This document shows, piece by piece, positions 20,079 through 28,639 of a stretch of DNA of 64,000 bases. The DNA is taken from positions 1 through 64,000 of the forward strand of contig CAWEYG010000002.1 of NCBI GenBank assembly GCA_963813155.1, read 5' to 3'. Within the stretch, counting starts at the first letter, position 1. Each line of letters starts with the position of its first letter. The translations under genes were made by a program, and so were the position numbers. Under the pieces are notes generated by a model that ran no database searches, had not been told where the DNA came from, and saw only the letters and a program-made list of their open reading frames with translations. This DNA comes from an uncultured Acidobacteriota bacterium (lineage in GTDB: Bacteria > Acidobacteriota > Thermoanaerobaculia > UBA5066 > DATFVB01).

Positions 20079-20585
20079 CTACTGCTGAATTAAAACGTTC
20101 ACCTGGGCCACCGCCTCACCCGCGTGGACTTCGTCGGAGGTCAGCTGCGCGGTGACCGTCGCCGTCACGTTGTTCTGCCCCGTCGCGAGAGTGCCGTGCG
20201 CGTGAATTGTTCCGGTCGACTGCGAGCTCTTGTCGATCGTGCCGAACGCATAGTCGACCGTCGCGCCGTTGACACCGTTGGCGAACACCACCGTTCCGCC
20301 TCCGCCTGTCACCTCCGCCGAATCGACCGTCAGCGGCGGCGCCAGGACGAGATGGACGACCGTGTTGTGAAGCACCGAGAATCCCGCATTCCGGCCCTTC
20401 ACGTCGAGATTGAACGACGTGCCGCTCGTGACCGCCCCGCTCGGGCCGCCGATCTCCACCTGGGCGAGAGAGCCGTTCGCTGTCGTCGTGGAGTGGTCGC
20501 TGTTGTCGTTGCACCCGGCTCCCGCGAGCAGAATCGCGCCGAGAACCCCCAGAAGCGCGGGATATTTCAATTTCGAAAAAGGCAT
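20079..20585 (-). CDS. Lipoprotein with an Ig-like (DUF11-like) beta domain
   Basis: Lipobox LAGAG-C, beta-rich body, GGAGGT RBS. Confidence 0.65.
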   Translation of the reverse strand: MPFSKLKYPALLGVLGAILLAGAGCNDNSDHSTTTANGSLAQVEIGGPSGAVTSGTSFNLDVKGRNAGFSVLHNTVVHLVLAPPLTVDSAEVTGGGGTVVFANGVNGATVDYAFGTIDKSSQSTGTIHAHGTLATGQNNVTATVTAQLTSDEVHAGEAVAQVNVLIQQ

Positions 20586-20603
20586 GACACACCTCCGTTC
20601 CCG

Positions 20604-22427
20604 TCATCGGGACGGAGCAACTCGTGTGCCAGCCCAGTCGATGTCGCCTGAAATCTCGATCCAGTCCACTCCGCTCTTCACCGCGGCGATCGAGAACGGG
20701 ACGCCGTCGGGGATGCGGAAGAGAGTCACGTCGTTGTAGCTCTTCGCGAAAAACGGGGCAATTCGGTTGGCAAACCAGCCGAGCACGCCCTCGCAATGGG
20801 TCTCGACGGCGATCTTCCGAAGCTGGAACGACCGCGCCTTCGGATCGATGAACAGCTCCGCTTTCCCTTCCGGCTCGCAGATCTGCCGGAAGAGCCGGCT
20901 CCGGCCGCTGCCCTTCTCCGCGACGAAACGGAACTTCGAAAGGAAGCACGAGCCGCCGCACGGCGTGAACCGCATCGGCTCGATGCTGAATTCGACCTGA
21001 TGGACGGCCGAAACGTCCTGCGTCCATTTCGCGCGAAGGATCTCGAGCGCGGCCTTTTCGATGGGAGGCCAGGGAACCTTGAACGAATACGTGCCCTCGA
21101 CGGTCCCGGTTCCACCCGGGCCGGCGCCGGAGAGGCGCATCTCGGCCGAGAGGGGCCCTTCGAACGTCAGCGGCAAGCGCCGCTCGGGCAGCTCGGCGAC
21201 GGGGTAGCGAATCACCATCGGGTAGTCGACCCGATAGTCGAAGCCGAGCGCGACGACGCCCGTCGCGGCTCCCTTCGCGAAGCGCAGACCCTGCGCCGTC
21301 ACGTGAACCTGTTTGAGAGCGACGCGGGCTTCCGCGGTCGCGAACTCGCCCGTCTCCCCTTTCAGGTCGAGGTCGAGCGAGCCCGACAGAGCGCCGTCGG
21401 GCTCGACCTGAAGGTCCCGGGCGGACAGGCGAGACGGGGACGCGAGCGAGACCGACATTCCGCCGGGGACGACGAATCGGCCCGACGTGAGATCGAGGTC
21501 CAGGCGCTTCGCTTCGATGCTCGTCTGCGCCCCCGCCGCCGTCGTCCGGACGCGGACGGCCGCCCCCTCGAACCGGCCGCTGCGAAACGCAACGCGATCC
21601 GCCCCGAACCTCATCGTCCCCGCCTGGAGATTTCCTTCGAGACGGGCGTCGAGATCGAGGCCGCCGGGCTCGCCTTCCCGGGCGAGCCGATATTCGCCCG
21701 AGTCGAACCGGATCGACAGCGGCGCCGGGCCGCTTTCCGCCGACGACGTCTGGAACGAACAGAACGAGCCGAACGAGAGCCGGCGATCCGGAAACGCCGA
21801 AAGGGTCGAGTCGTGGAAACGGATCGCGCTGACGAGGTCCAGGAACGAGCCGGACGGTTGCGCCGGGGCCGCCGGCGGGGACGGCGGCGAGGGGCCCGAC
21901 GCGGCGGCACGGGGAGGAGCCGGCGCGGCCGCCGACGGTTCCGTCCGGATCAGGTCTCCCCGAAACAGCGACGGGAGGTCCGTGTGGAATTTCATCTTCC
22001 GGACGGCGGCGAGCGCCGGGCCCCGGAAAATCGCGACGATCAGGCGCCCGAAACCGCGCCCGTGGAAACGCGCGGCGGTCACGGTGCCTTCCCCGTTGAC
22101 GCCGATCTCCTGGAGCACGATCGACGGCATGAGCCCGCGCCCCACGAGCACGACGTCGCCTCCCTCGATCGTGAGATCGAAAGTCGTGATCCGGCCGCCG
22201 GCGGCCTTCGCGGCGATGAGCACGCGGGGCGTTCCGGCGACCTCGAGGGCCCAGCCCGGGTTGACCGGCTTGCGCCCGGGAACGAGCGCGAGCTCGATCG
22301 AAACGTCGCCCTTGTCGACGGCAGCTCCCAGCTCGTCCAGCATCGAATCCGCCCGGGCGATCACCGAACCGGACAGGATCAGCGCGAGGAACGCGAAAAA
22401 GAGGAACGTCTTGCCGGAGCACCGCAT
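20604..22427 (-). CDS. Hypothetical secreted beta-strand-rich protein
   Basis: 607-aa ORF with signal peptide, coherent amino-acid composition and a TAGAAT box before the ATG. Confidence 0.65.
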   Translation of the reverse strand: MRCSGKTFLFFAFLALILSGSVIARADSMLDELGAAVDKGDVSIELALVPGRKPVNPGWALEVAGTPRVLIAAKAAGGRITTFDLTIEGGDVVLVGRGLMPSIVLQEIGVNGEGTVTAARFHGRGFGRLIVAIFRGPALAAVRKMKFHTDLPSLFRGDLIRTEPSAAAPAPPRAAASGPSPPSPPAAPAQPSGSFLDLVSAIRFHDSTLSAFPDRRLSFGSFCSFQTSSAESGPAPLSIRFDSGEYRLAREGEPGGLDLDARLEGNLQAGTMRFGADRVAFRSGRFEGAAVRVRTTAAGAQTSIEAKRLDLDLTSGRFVVPGGMSVSLASPSRLSARDLQVEPDGALSGSLDLDLKGETGEFATAEARVALKQVHVTAQGLRFAKGAATGVVALGFDYRVDYPMVIRYPVAELPERRLPLTFEGPLSAEMRLSGAGPGGTGTVEGTYSFKVPWPPIEKAALEILRAKWTQDVSAVHQVEFSIEPMRFTPCGGSCFLSKFRFVAEKGSGRSRLFRQICEPEGKAELFIDPKARSFQLRKIAVETHCEGVLGWFANRIAPFFAKSYNDVTLFRIPDGVPFSIAAVKSGVDWIEISGDIDWAGTRVAPSR

Positions 22428-22549
22428 GAGCGGGATTCTAGACCCTTCGCCGAACCGCTGCTTTCAAGGACTTAGACGCCGCTTCGTCCGCTTTCATTAA
22501 GAATTCCCCCGCCGCGGAAACGTTTCGACGGCCGGGCCGTACATTGAAT

Positions 22550-22756
22550 ATGGCGATGGACGCAGAGAAACTGGCCGGGCCGACCAAGATTCCCTCGGAG
22601 AGCACGCGCCTGATCCACTGGTTCTGCGCCTATTGCGGCGTCTGGTTTTTCGCGCCGGCCGGCGGCGACCCGGATCGCTGCCCCACGAAAGGCTGCAGCC
22701 GGCCCTTCGGCTTCGGGACGATGAGCCGCATCCGCCGTCCCGACCTCCACCAGTAA
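22550..22756 (+). CDS. Small zinc-finger-like protein (CAYC...CPTKGC)
   Basis: About 68 aa with four Cys in zinc-ribbon spacing. It fills the gap directly before the radical SAM gene. Confidence 0.55.
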   Translation: MAMDAEKLAGPTKIPSESTRLIHWFCAYCGVWFFAPAGGDPDRCPTKGCSRPFGFGTMSRIRRPDLHQ

Positions 22757-22798
22757 AAAGGTCGGAAGGATATAGACTGGAGCCAATCCGGAGGCTCT

Positions 22799-24361
22799 CT
22801 GCGCAAACTTCGCATTGGCATCATCGACCTCGTCACGAAGGGCCCCACCCGCGCGCTGTACGCGCGAGTCATGCACGCGAACCTCGCGAGCATCATGCCC
22901 CAGGTCCTGGGAGTGTGGTGCGAAGCCGAGGGTCATGACGTGACTTTCGTGTGCTACACCGGCCTCGAGAACCTCGTCGACGAGCTCCCGGACCCGGTCG
23001 ATCTCGTTTTCATCGGCGCGTTCACGGAGGCCGCGCTTCTCGCCTACTCGCTATCGAACCTCTTCCGTTCGAAGGGCGCCGTGACCGTCCTCGGCGGCCC
23101 CCACGCGCGCTGCTACCCGGAAGACGCCCGAAAGTATTTCGACTACGTCGCCGGGTTCACGGACAAGGCCGTTATCCACGAAATTCTGAAGGACTGCTCG
23201 CCCCACCGGCCTCTCGGCATGCGCGTCGCGGCGACCCGACAGCCCGCCGAGCTGCCCGGCGTGCGCGAGCGCTGGAAGTTCATCGAGCCGACACTCCGCA
23301 AGGCGCCGCTCTTCCAGCTCGTTCCGATGCTCGGAAGCCTGGGCTGCCCGTACACGTGCAGTTTCTGCATCGACTCCGTCGTTCCCTATCAGCCCCTCGA
23401 CTTCGGCGTTCTCTCCGACGACCTTCGATTCCTCGCGCGCACCCTGAAGCACCCGCGCGTCGGCTGGCACGACCCGAATTTCGGCGTCCGCTTCGACGAC
23501 TATCTCAACGCGATCGAAGCGGCCGTCCCGCCCGGCCGGATCGACTTCGCCGCGGAGAGCAGCCTGTCGCTCCTCTCGGAGCCGCACCTCGCGAGGCTCA
23601 AGCGGAACGGGTTCAAAGCGCTGCTGCCCGGGGTCGAGTCGTGGTACGAGCTCGGCAACAAGTCGAAGACGGGCGAGCACCGGGGAATGGACAAGGTCCG
23701 CCAGGTCTCCGAGCACGTGAACATGATCCTGCGCTACGTCCCGTACGTGCAGACGAATTTCGTGCTGGGCCTCGACTCGGATTCCGGCGCGGAGCCGTTC
23801 GAGCTGACGAAGCGATTCGTGGACACGACTCCCGGGGCCTTTCCCGGCTACTCGCTGCTCTCGGCGTTCGGCCGGGCGGCGCCGCTCAATCTCGAATACC
23901 AGCGGGCGAATCGCGTGCTCCCGTTCCCGTTCCATTTCCTGGACAACAACCACGCGATGAACATCAAGCCGAAGAACTATCCGTGGCGCGATTTCTACGA
24001 CCAGGTGATCGGCCTGACGAAGCACACCTTCTCCCCGCGGGCGATCCTCAACCGCTTTCGGGCGACGCGCGCCGCGATCCCGCGATGGATGAACGTCGTC
24101 CGCGCCGTCTCTTCCGAAGGCTACGGGCGGCTCCGGTACTACCGCGAGCTGCGGCATCGCCTGGACTCCGACGCGGACCTGCGCCGCTATTTCGATCAGG
24201 AGTCGACGGTGCTCCCGGCGTTTTACGTCGACCAGATTCGAAGAGACCTCGGCTCGCTCTGGGAATGGCTGCCCGCGGGCGCGATCGAGCACGATCCCAA
24301 CGCATACCGAAAGTCGGAGGAGATCGGCTTGCCGCTGCCCGCGGCGGCGACTTCGGGATGA
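22799..24361 (+). CDS. Radical SAM protein with an N-terminal B12-binding-like domain
   Basis: CPYTCSFC cluster motif and GGPHA in the N-domain. The frame extends upstream to a CTG at 22799, which follows GGAGG. Confidence 0.85.
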   Translation: MRKLRIGIIDLVTKGPTRALYARVMHANLASIMPQVLGVWCEAEGHDVTFVCYTGLENLVDELPDPVDLVFIGAFTEAALLAYSLSNLFRSKGAVTVLGGPHARCYPEDARKYFDYVAGFTDKAVIHEILKDCSPHRPLGMRVAATRQPAELPGVRERWKFIEPTLRKAPLFQLVPMLGSLGCPYTCSFCIDSVVPYQPLDFGVLSDDLRFLARTLKHPRVGWHDPNFGVRFDDYLNAIEAAVPPGRIDFAAESSLSLLSEPHLARLKRNGFKALLPGVESWYELGNKSKTGEHRGMDKVRQVSEHVNMILRYVPYVQTNFVLGLDSDSGAEPFELTKRFVDTTPGAFPGYSLLSAFGRAAPLNLEYQRANRVLPFPFHFLDNNHAMNIKPKNYPWRDFYDQVIGLTKHTFSPRAILNRFRATRAAIPRWMNVVRAVSSEGYGRLRYYRELRHRLDSDADLRRYFDQESTVLPAFYVDQIRRDLGSLWEWLPAGAIEHDPNAYRKSEEIGLPLPAAATSG

Positions 24362-26076
24362 ATTTGGTGAGGCGGCCTCGCGCTCTCCTGCTCACGTTGG
24401 TCCTACCGGTTCTCCTGACTTCGGTTGATTCCGTCAACGCACAGGACACCCCGTCCATCATCCCGGACTTCTCGGTTCCCTCGACCGTGCAGCTTAATCA
24501 GGATTTCAACGTTCAGAACCTGTGTCAGCTGGCGTCGGGAGTGTCGATCACCGGCATCTCATACACGAGGGACTCGAACCCGACCGGGACGGGGGCGACC
24601 GCGCTTCCGAGCGCGTTCGACGCGATCAACGCGACGACGGCGCTGCCCGGCCCGTCGAGCTCGGGCACTTACTACGTCCACTTCCAGGTCGCCTACAACG
24701 ACGGCTCCGCGAAGACGATCAACTGGGATTCGGGAGCGATCATCGGGACAAACGTCACCTACGCGCCCGCGATCAATTTCGGCAGCCCCGCGACGTTCAA
24801 CCAATTCAACGGTGCCTGGAGCGCGCCGATGAACCAGTCGATCCCGATGAACGATTCGGGAGACAGCAGCAAGCCGGCGACCGCGGACTCCTGGGACTTC
24901 GGCGACGGCAGCGCGGTTGTGAACTCTTCCACGAACCTGACCGTCAGTCATACGTTTTCCTCGGCAGCGACCCGTACGGTGAAGCTGACCGTGGGAGGCA
25001 TCGTCATGAATCAGGCGATCACCATTCAGTCGTCGGCGCCGCCTCCGCCGCCGCCACCACCTCCTCCTCCCACGGGGACGCCTTCTGCCGATTTCACGGT
25101 GACGGGCGCGGCGTTCAGCCAGTTCGGCCAAACCTATTCTGCGAAGGTGGGCGATGTCATCGCGTTTCAAGCCGAGGAGACACAGAACAGCCCGGCCTTC
25201 AACTGGGCTCTCGGCGACGGTTCCATCGCATCAGGCGCCCACGTGACGCACGGCTACAGCACCGCAGGCACCTTCCAGGTGACCTTGAGCGTGACGAACA
25301 ACCTTTCGCTGACCGCAACGAGCTCCGTAACCATGAAGATCAGTGCCCGGATATACACACCGACGATTACGTTCGGCAGCCCGGCGGGCCTCAACCTGAT
25401 CACGGCTTGGGTCGGGCCGATAAATACTTCAATCCCGATGAGCGATACCGGGGACACAGGTAACCCGGCCATTGCGGATACGTGGGACTTTGGTGACGGT
25501 TCGGGAACTATCGGCTCGACCACCACACAGGCCGTCTCGCATAAGTATCTATCCGCGAAAGTGTTTACGGTCGAATTGACGGCCGGCGGGATGACGACAT
25601 CGCAGCAGATCACGATCCAGTCTTCGGCTCCGCCGCCACCGCCGCCACCACCACCGCCACCACCATCGCCGCCTCCCCCTCCGCCAGTTGCATCGGTATG
25701 CACTCCCAGCGCGACGATTCTCTGCATCGACGATCAGCAGGGAGACAAGCGTTTCCAGGTCGAGGCGACATACCAGACGACTCAGTCAGGCGGTTCGTTC
25801 GGGTTCGGGCAGACCATTCCGTTGGCGAGTCTCGGCGTGACGCATGGTGGTCTCTTCTGGTTCTTCTCGGCGGACAACCCAGAATTGCTGGTGAAGGTGT
25901 TGAACACTTGCTCGTTCAGCAACCGTTTCTGGGTTTTTGCGTCGGCCGGCACGAACGTCGCTGTGACGCTGACGATCACCGACACGAAGACGGGCGAGAA
26001 AAGGATCTACGCCAATGCAGATCTCCACGTCATGGATCCGATCCAGGACACCGACGCGTTCGCGACCTGTCCGTAA
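24358..26076 (+). CDS. Secreted PKD-repeat surface protein with polyproline linkers and a Cys-flanked C-terminal domain
   Basis: Signal peptide, three W(D/A)(F/L)GDG PKD motifs, two poly-P tracts, terminal FWFFSADNPELLVKVL...DTDAFATCP. Confidence 0.8.
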   Translation: MNLVRRPRALLLTLVLPVLLTSVDSVNAQDTPSIIPDFSVPSTVQLNQDFNVQNLCQLASGVSITGISYTRDSNPTGTGATALPSAFDAINATTALPGPSSSGTYYVHFQVAYNDGSAKTINWDSGAIIGTNVTYAPAINFGSPATFNQFNGAWSAPMNQSIPMNDSGDSSKPATADSWDFGDGSAVVNSSTNLTVSHTFSSAATRTVKLTVGGIVMNQAITIQSSAPPPPPPPPPPPTGTPSADFTVTGAAFSQFGQTYSAKVGDVIAFQAEETQNSPAFNWALGDGSIASGAHVTHGYSTAGTFQVTLSVTNNLSLTATSSVTMKISARIYTPTITFGSPAGLNLITAWVGPINTSIPMSDTGDTGNPAIADTWDFGDGSGTIGSTTTQAVSHKYLSAKVFTVELTAGGMTTSQQITIQSSAPPPPPPPPPPPPSPPPPPPVASVCTPSATILCIDDQQGDKRFQVEATYQTTQSGGSFGFGQTIPLASLGVTHGGLFWFFSADNPELLVKVLNTCSFSNRFWVFASAGTNVAVTLTITDTKTGEKRIYANADLHVMDPIQDTDAFATCP

Positions 26077-26192
26077 GGGTCCACCACCTCCTGACCCTAC
26101 TCGTCACCACACTCAAAGCGAGCGAACCCTTACAGAGAGTGCGGGGTAGCCCGACCGGGCGGCGACCCGAAAGAAGAATCTCTTTCTGGCTA

Positions 26193-26588
26193 TCAAAGCT
26201 GTTTGAATCGGCCAGTAAATCGATGAGGGATCTCGAACAACGCCCCGGGCTCTACGTGACTGGCCACATTCATGATCTCAGGCCAGTGTCGAATCAGCCT
26301 GTGAGATTGGTCCCACAACTTTGCGCTTGCAAGACCCTTCGAGTAGAAAAAGGTTGTGAGCTTCGCCGCAACAAAAATACGCCTTTCGCTCTTTCTAAAC
26401 CAGTCACCAGAAATGATCGTCCAACCGCCTTCGCGTCCCAACTCCGGCAGCCATTCCTCGTCCTTCTTGTCCGCTGTCCATCGATCGGTCAGGTGAATGA
26501 CTTTGTGCTGATCGCCTTCGGCGGAAACCAGGCTCGCTACGGCGTGTGCGAGCCGAAAGGACGTGTTGTTGTCGAAAAAAAACTTCAA
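26193..26588 (-). CDS. PIN-like toxin (VapC45-like)
   Basis: Motifs MKFFFDNN, KDEEWL and IISGD. The TTG start overlaps the antitoxin stop (TTGA). Confidence 0.75.
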   Translation of the reverse strand: MKFFFDNNTSFRLAHAVASLVSAEGDQHKVIHLTDRWTADKKDEEWLPELGREGGWTIISGDWFRKSERRIFVAAKLTTFFYSKGLASAKLWDQSHRLIRHWPEIMNVASHVEPGALFEIPHRFTGRFKQL

Positions 26589-27262
26589 GCCGCCAGGCTG
26601 GTCTCGTACTGAACGGCGTATTTCACGGATTGCACTTCCGCCCCGTACCATCGGGCTACCCGTTGAAATGACTCTTCAGCCTTATAAGCCGCGAAGAGAA
26701 CGCGCGTCGGAACCGAGCTCCGGGAGTCTATTGGACGTCCAAATGACCGATGGGGATCGATCACGATCCTGCGGCGCTCTCCCAGCGGCCACCACCTTTC
26801 CGCCTGGTCGTTCTTGAAATCAACGCCATGAAGGAGAGGCTCGATTATTTTCTTGAGGGCGTATTGACCGTCGGACAAATTTAGGACGGCCTTCCGCCCT
26901 CTCGTCTCGACGACTTGTGCAAAAAGTTTATTGCCGGCGATCAGCACCTTTCGAGTCGAGAAGGGGTGCGTCACGTGGAATTCTTCCCTGAAACGTTCTG
27001 CAGATCGACGGAGGGTGTTCCACCTCACGCCGCTGAGTAGATAAGCGTTTACGAACCTGATCTCAATCAGATCCTTGAACGTCAAAAGAACCTCAGCGGT
27101 CCCCTCGATTTGAGGGTTCCAAACAGGCTCCGACCAGCGCGTCCCGCTGCGCGTGGTAAACGAATAGCCCTTGACCCACCTCCGAATGCGACGCGCAGGA
27201 ACCTTGGTCAGGAGCGAGGCTTCAGGTACCGAGTACATCCCCAAGCCCAAGAACTCGCTCAT
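26585..27262 (-). CDS. HTH + DUF433 antitoxin (VapB45-like)
   Basis: N-terminal HTH (YSVPEASLL..IRRWVKG), TFKDLIE and IVIDPHRSFGRP. Confidence 0.8.
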   Translation of the reverse strand: MSEFLGLGMYSVPEASLLTKVPARRIRRWVKGYSFTTRSGTRWSEPVWNPQIEGTAEVLLTFKDLIEIRFVNAYLLSGVRWNTLRRSAERFREEFHVTHPFSTRKVLIAGNKLFAQVVETRGRKAVLNLSDGQYALKKIIEPLLHGVDFKNDQAERWWPLGERRRIVIDPHRSFGRPIDSRSSVPTRVLFAAYKAEESFQRVARWYGAEVQSVKYAVQYETSLAA

Positions 27263-27452
27263 CATCGATATTCTAGTGCCTCAGGACTGCCAAGCGTGTC
27301 ACCTATCTCGCCGAGGCGCCCCCAAGATTCCAAGCCACTGGTTCCGCTCAGCCGGCCGCCCCGGGCGCCCTTCGGCTGCGACTCTTCAAGCATTTACCTG
27401 TGATACCCGATAATTCCTGCGGGCTTCTCTTGCCGTCTCATCGCACGCAAGG

Positions 27453-27484
27453 AAAAAAGAGCGGGCCCTCGTTTCAGGGCCGCC
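27453..27484 (-). terminator. Intrinsic terminator downstream of tRNA-Lys
   Basis: The minus strand reads GGCGGCCCT-GAAACG-AGGGCCCGC-TC-TTTTTTT. Confidence 0.7.
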
Positions 27485-27522
27485 TTTACTTATCGAAAGC
27501 GCTCTGTGCTTCGCTGAAATGT

Positions 27523-27598
27523 TGGTGAGGCGTCGGGGACTCGAACCCCGAACCTAGAGATTAAGAGTCTCTTGCTCTACCAGTTGAGCTAACGCCCC
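27523..27598 (-). tRNA. tRNA-Lys(CUU)
   Basis: GGGGCGTTAGCTCAACTGGTAGAGC; anticodon arm AGAGA-CTCTTAA-TCTCT; GGTTCGAGTCC; encoded CCA; 76 nt. Confidence 0.96.
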
Positions 27599-27665
27599 AA
27601 CGGAATGCGGAAGAATAGAGGAAGACGCCCCCCGCGCGCAAGTCGCGGGAGAAACCCCTTCGCCT

Positions 27666-27893
27666 CTATCCGCCTCCCACGAACTGCACGATCTCGAGCC
27701 GGTCGTCCTCCCGCAGGAGGGTGTCCGCGTAACTCGGTTTCGGAAGGATCTCGCGGTTGAATTCCACCGCGACGCGGGAAATCGAGAGGCCGAGCTCTTC
27801 CAGGAGATCCGCGACCGACATGGCGGAAGTCAGCACGCGCTCTTCCCCGTTGACCCGGACTCGGACGCCCTCCGCTGCCCCGGCCGGCGTCAC
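27666..27893 (-). CDS. thiS: Sulfur carrier protein ThiS
   Basis: VNGE..VAVEFN..D.LEIVQFVGGG with C-terminal GG. GTG start overlaps the upstream stop. Confidence 0.9.
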   Translation of the reverse strand: MTPAGAAEGVRVRVNGEERVLTSAMSVADLLEELGLSISRVAVEFNREILPKPSYADTLLREDDRLEIVQFVGGG

Positions 27894-28621
27894 TTGCGGG
27901 CCCTCAACAGGTACTTGATCTCGCTGTTGCCGGAGTCGGAGGTCGCCTGGATGATGAGCGCCGCGTTTCCCGACTTGTACTTCGGAAGCTTGCAGGTCGC
28001 CGTGCAGGATCCGTCCGAAGTCGTCTTCCCCTGATAAACGATCACCGGCTTGTCGACGGTCGAAATGACTTTCACGAGGATCGCCGCCCCGATGATCGGG
28101 CGCCGCGAAAGAGACGTTTCCGCCTTCAACCGCATTTCGACCGTTTCGCCGAGGTAAAAGTCGGGCGTCGAATAGAGCGTGAGGTCGAGGTGCTCCTGCG
28201 AAACCTCCGAGGCGAGGTAGTCGAGGATCACCTGGTCGAGGGTCTTCTCGTCGGTCTTCGAAGCCTTGTCGACGACGACGACCCCCGGCGGGATCTCGAC
28301 GCCGAGGCTCGAGGGAGGCGGAAGGTCGAACGAGTCGCTTTTTTCGCGGGGCCGGGCGTTCTTCGTGTCGCTGTCGAAGCGCCCGCGCTGCACCGCCGCG
28401 ATCATCTTGCGGTGCTGCGTTTCCATCATCTCCTGAATCGCGGCCATCCCGCCTTCGCGGGTCGACTCGTCGTACGGAGTTTTTTTCGAACCGACGATCT
28501 CGCCGCCGACGTACACGAGCGACTCCACGAAGGGGTTTTCCGCTCCCTTGTCTTCGGTCTGAACATGGAACACAAGGTTCCCGTGCTTGATGTCGGTGTT
28601 GAATCCGGTGATCAAGCGCAC
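27890..28621 (-). CDS. Hypothetical protein (N-terminal GFNTDI..HVQTEDKG domain, C-terminal Ig-like part)
   Basis: Clean ORF, translationally coupled to thiS. Confidence 0.7.
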   Translation of the reverse strand: MRLITGFNTDIKHGNLVFHVQTEDKGAENPFVESLVYVGGEIVGSKKTPYDESTREGGMAAIQEMMETQHRKMIAAVQRGRFDSDTKNARPREKSDSFDLPPPSSLGVEIPPGVVVVDKASKTDEKTLDQVILDYLASEVSQEHLDLTLYSTPDFYLGETVEMRLKAETSLSRRPIIGAAILVKVISTVDKPVIVYQGKTTSDGSCTATCKLPKYKSGNAALIIQATSDSGNSEIKYLLRARK

Positions 28622-28639
28622 CCCTTTTCGAAAATGATT

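Larger units (their letters stand above)
24364..27532. mobile_element. Putative degenerate genomic islet at tRNA-Lys
   Basis: TTGGTGAGGCG occurs at 24364-24374 and 27522-27532 (tRNA 3' end). GC is visibly lower and a TA module lies inside. No integrase. Confidence 0.5.

Noticed and set aside
25038-25686. CCG/CCA tracts as microsatellite or phase-variation loci
   Set aside because: Mixed synonymous Pro codons indicate protein-level polyproline linkers rather than slippage repeats.
22951-26076. 1041-aa ORF as one protein
   Set aside because: The first ~470 aa are an off-frame shadow of the radical SAM gene. The real protein begins with a signal peptide at 24358.
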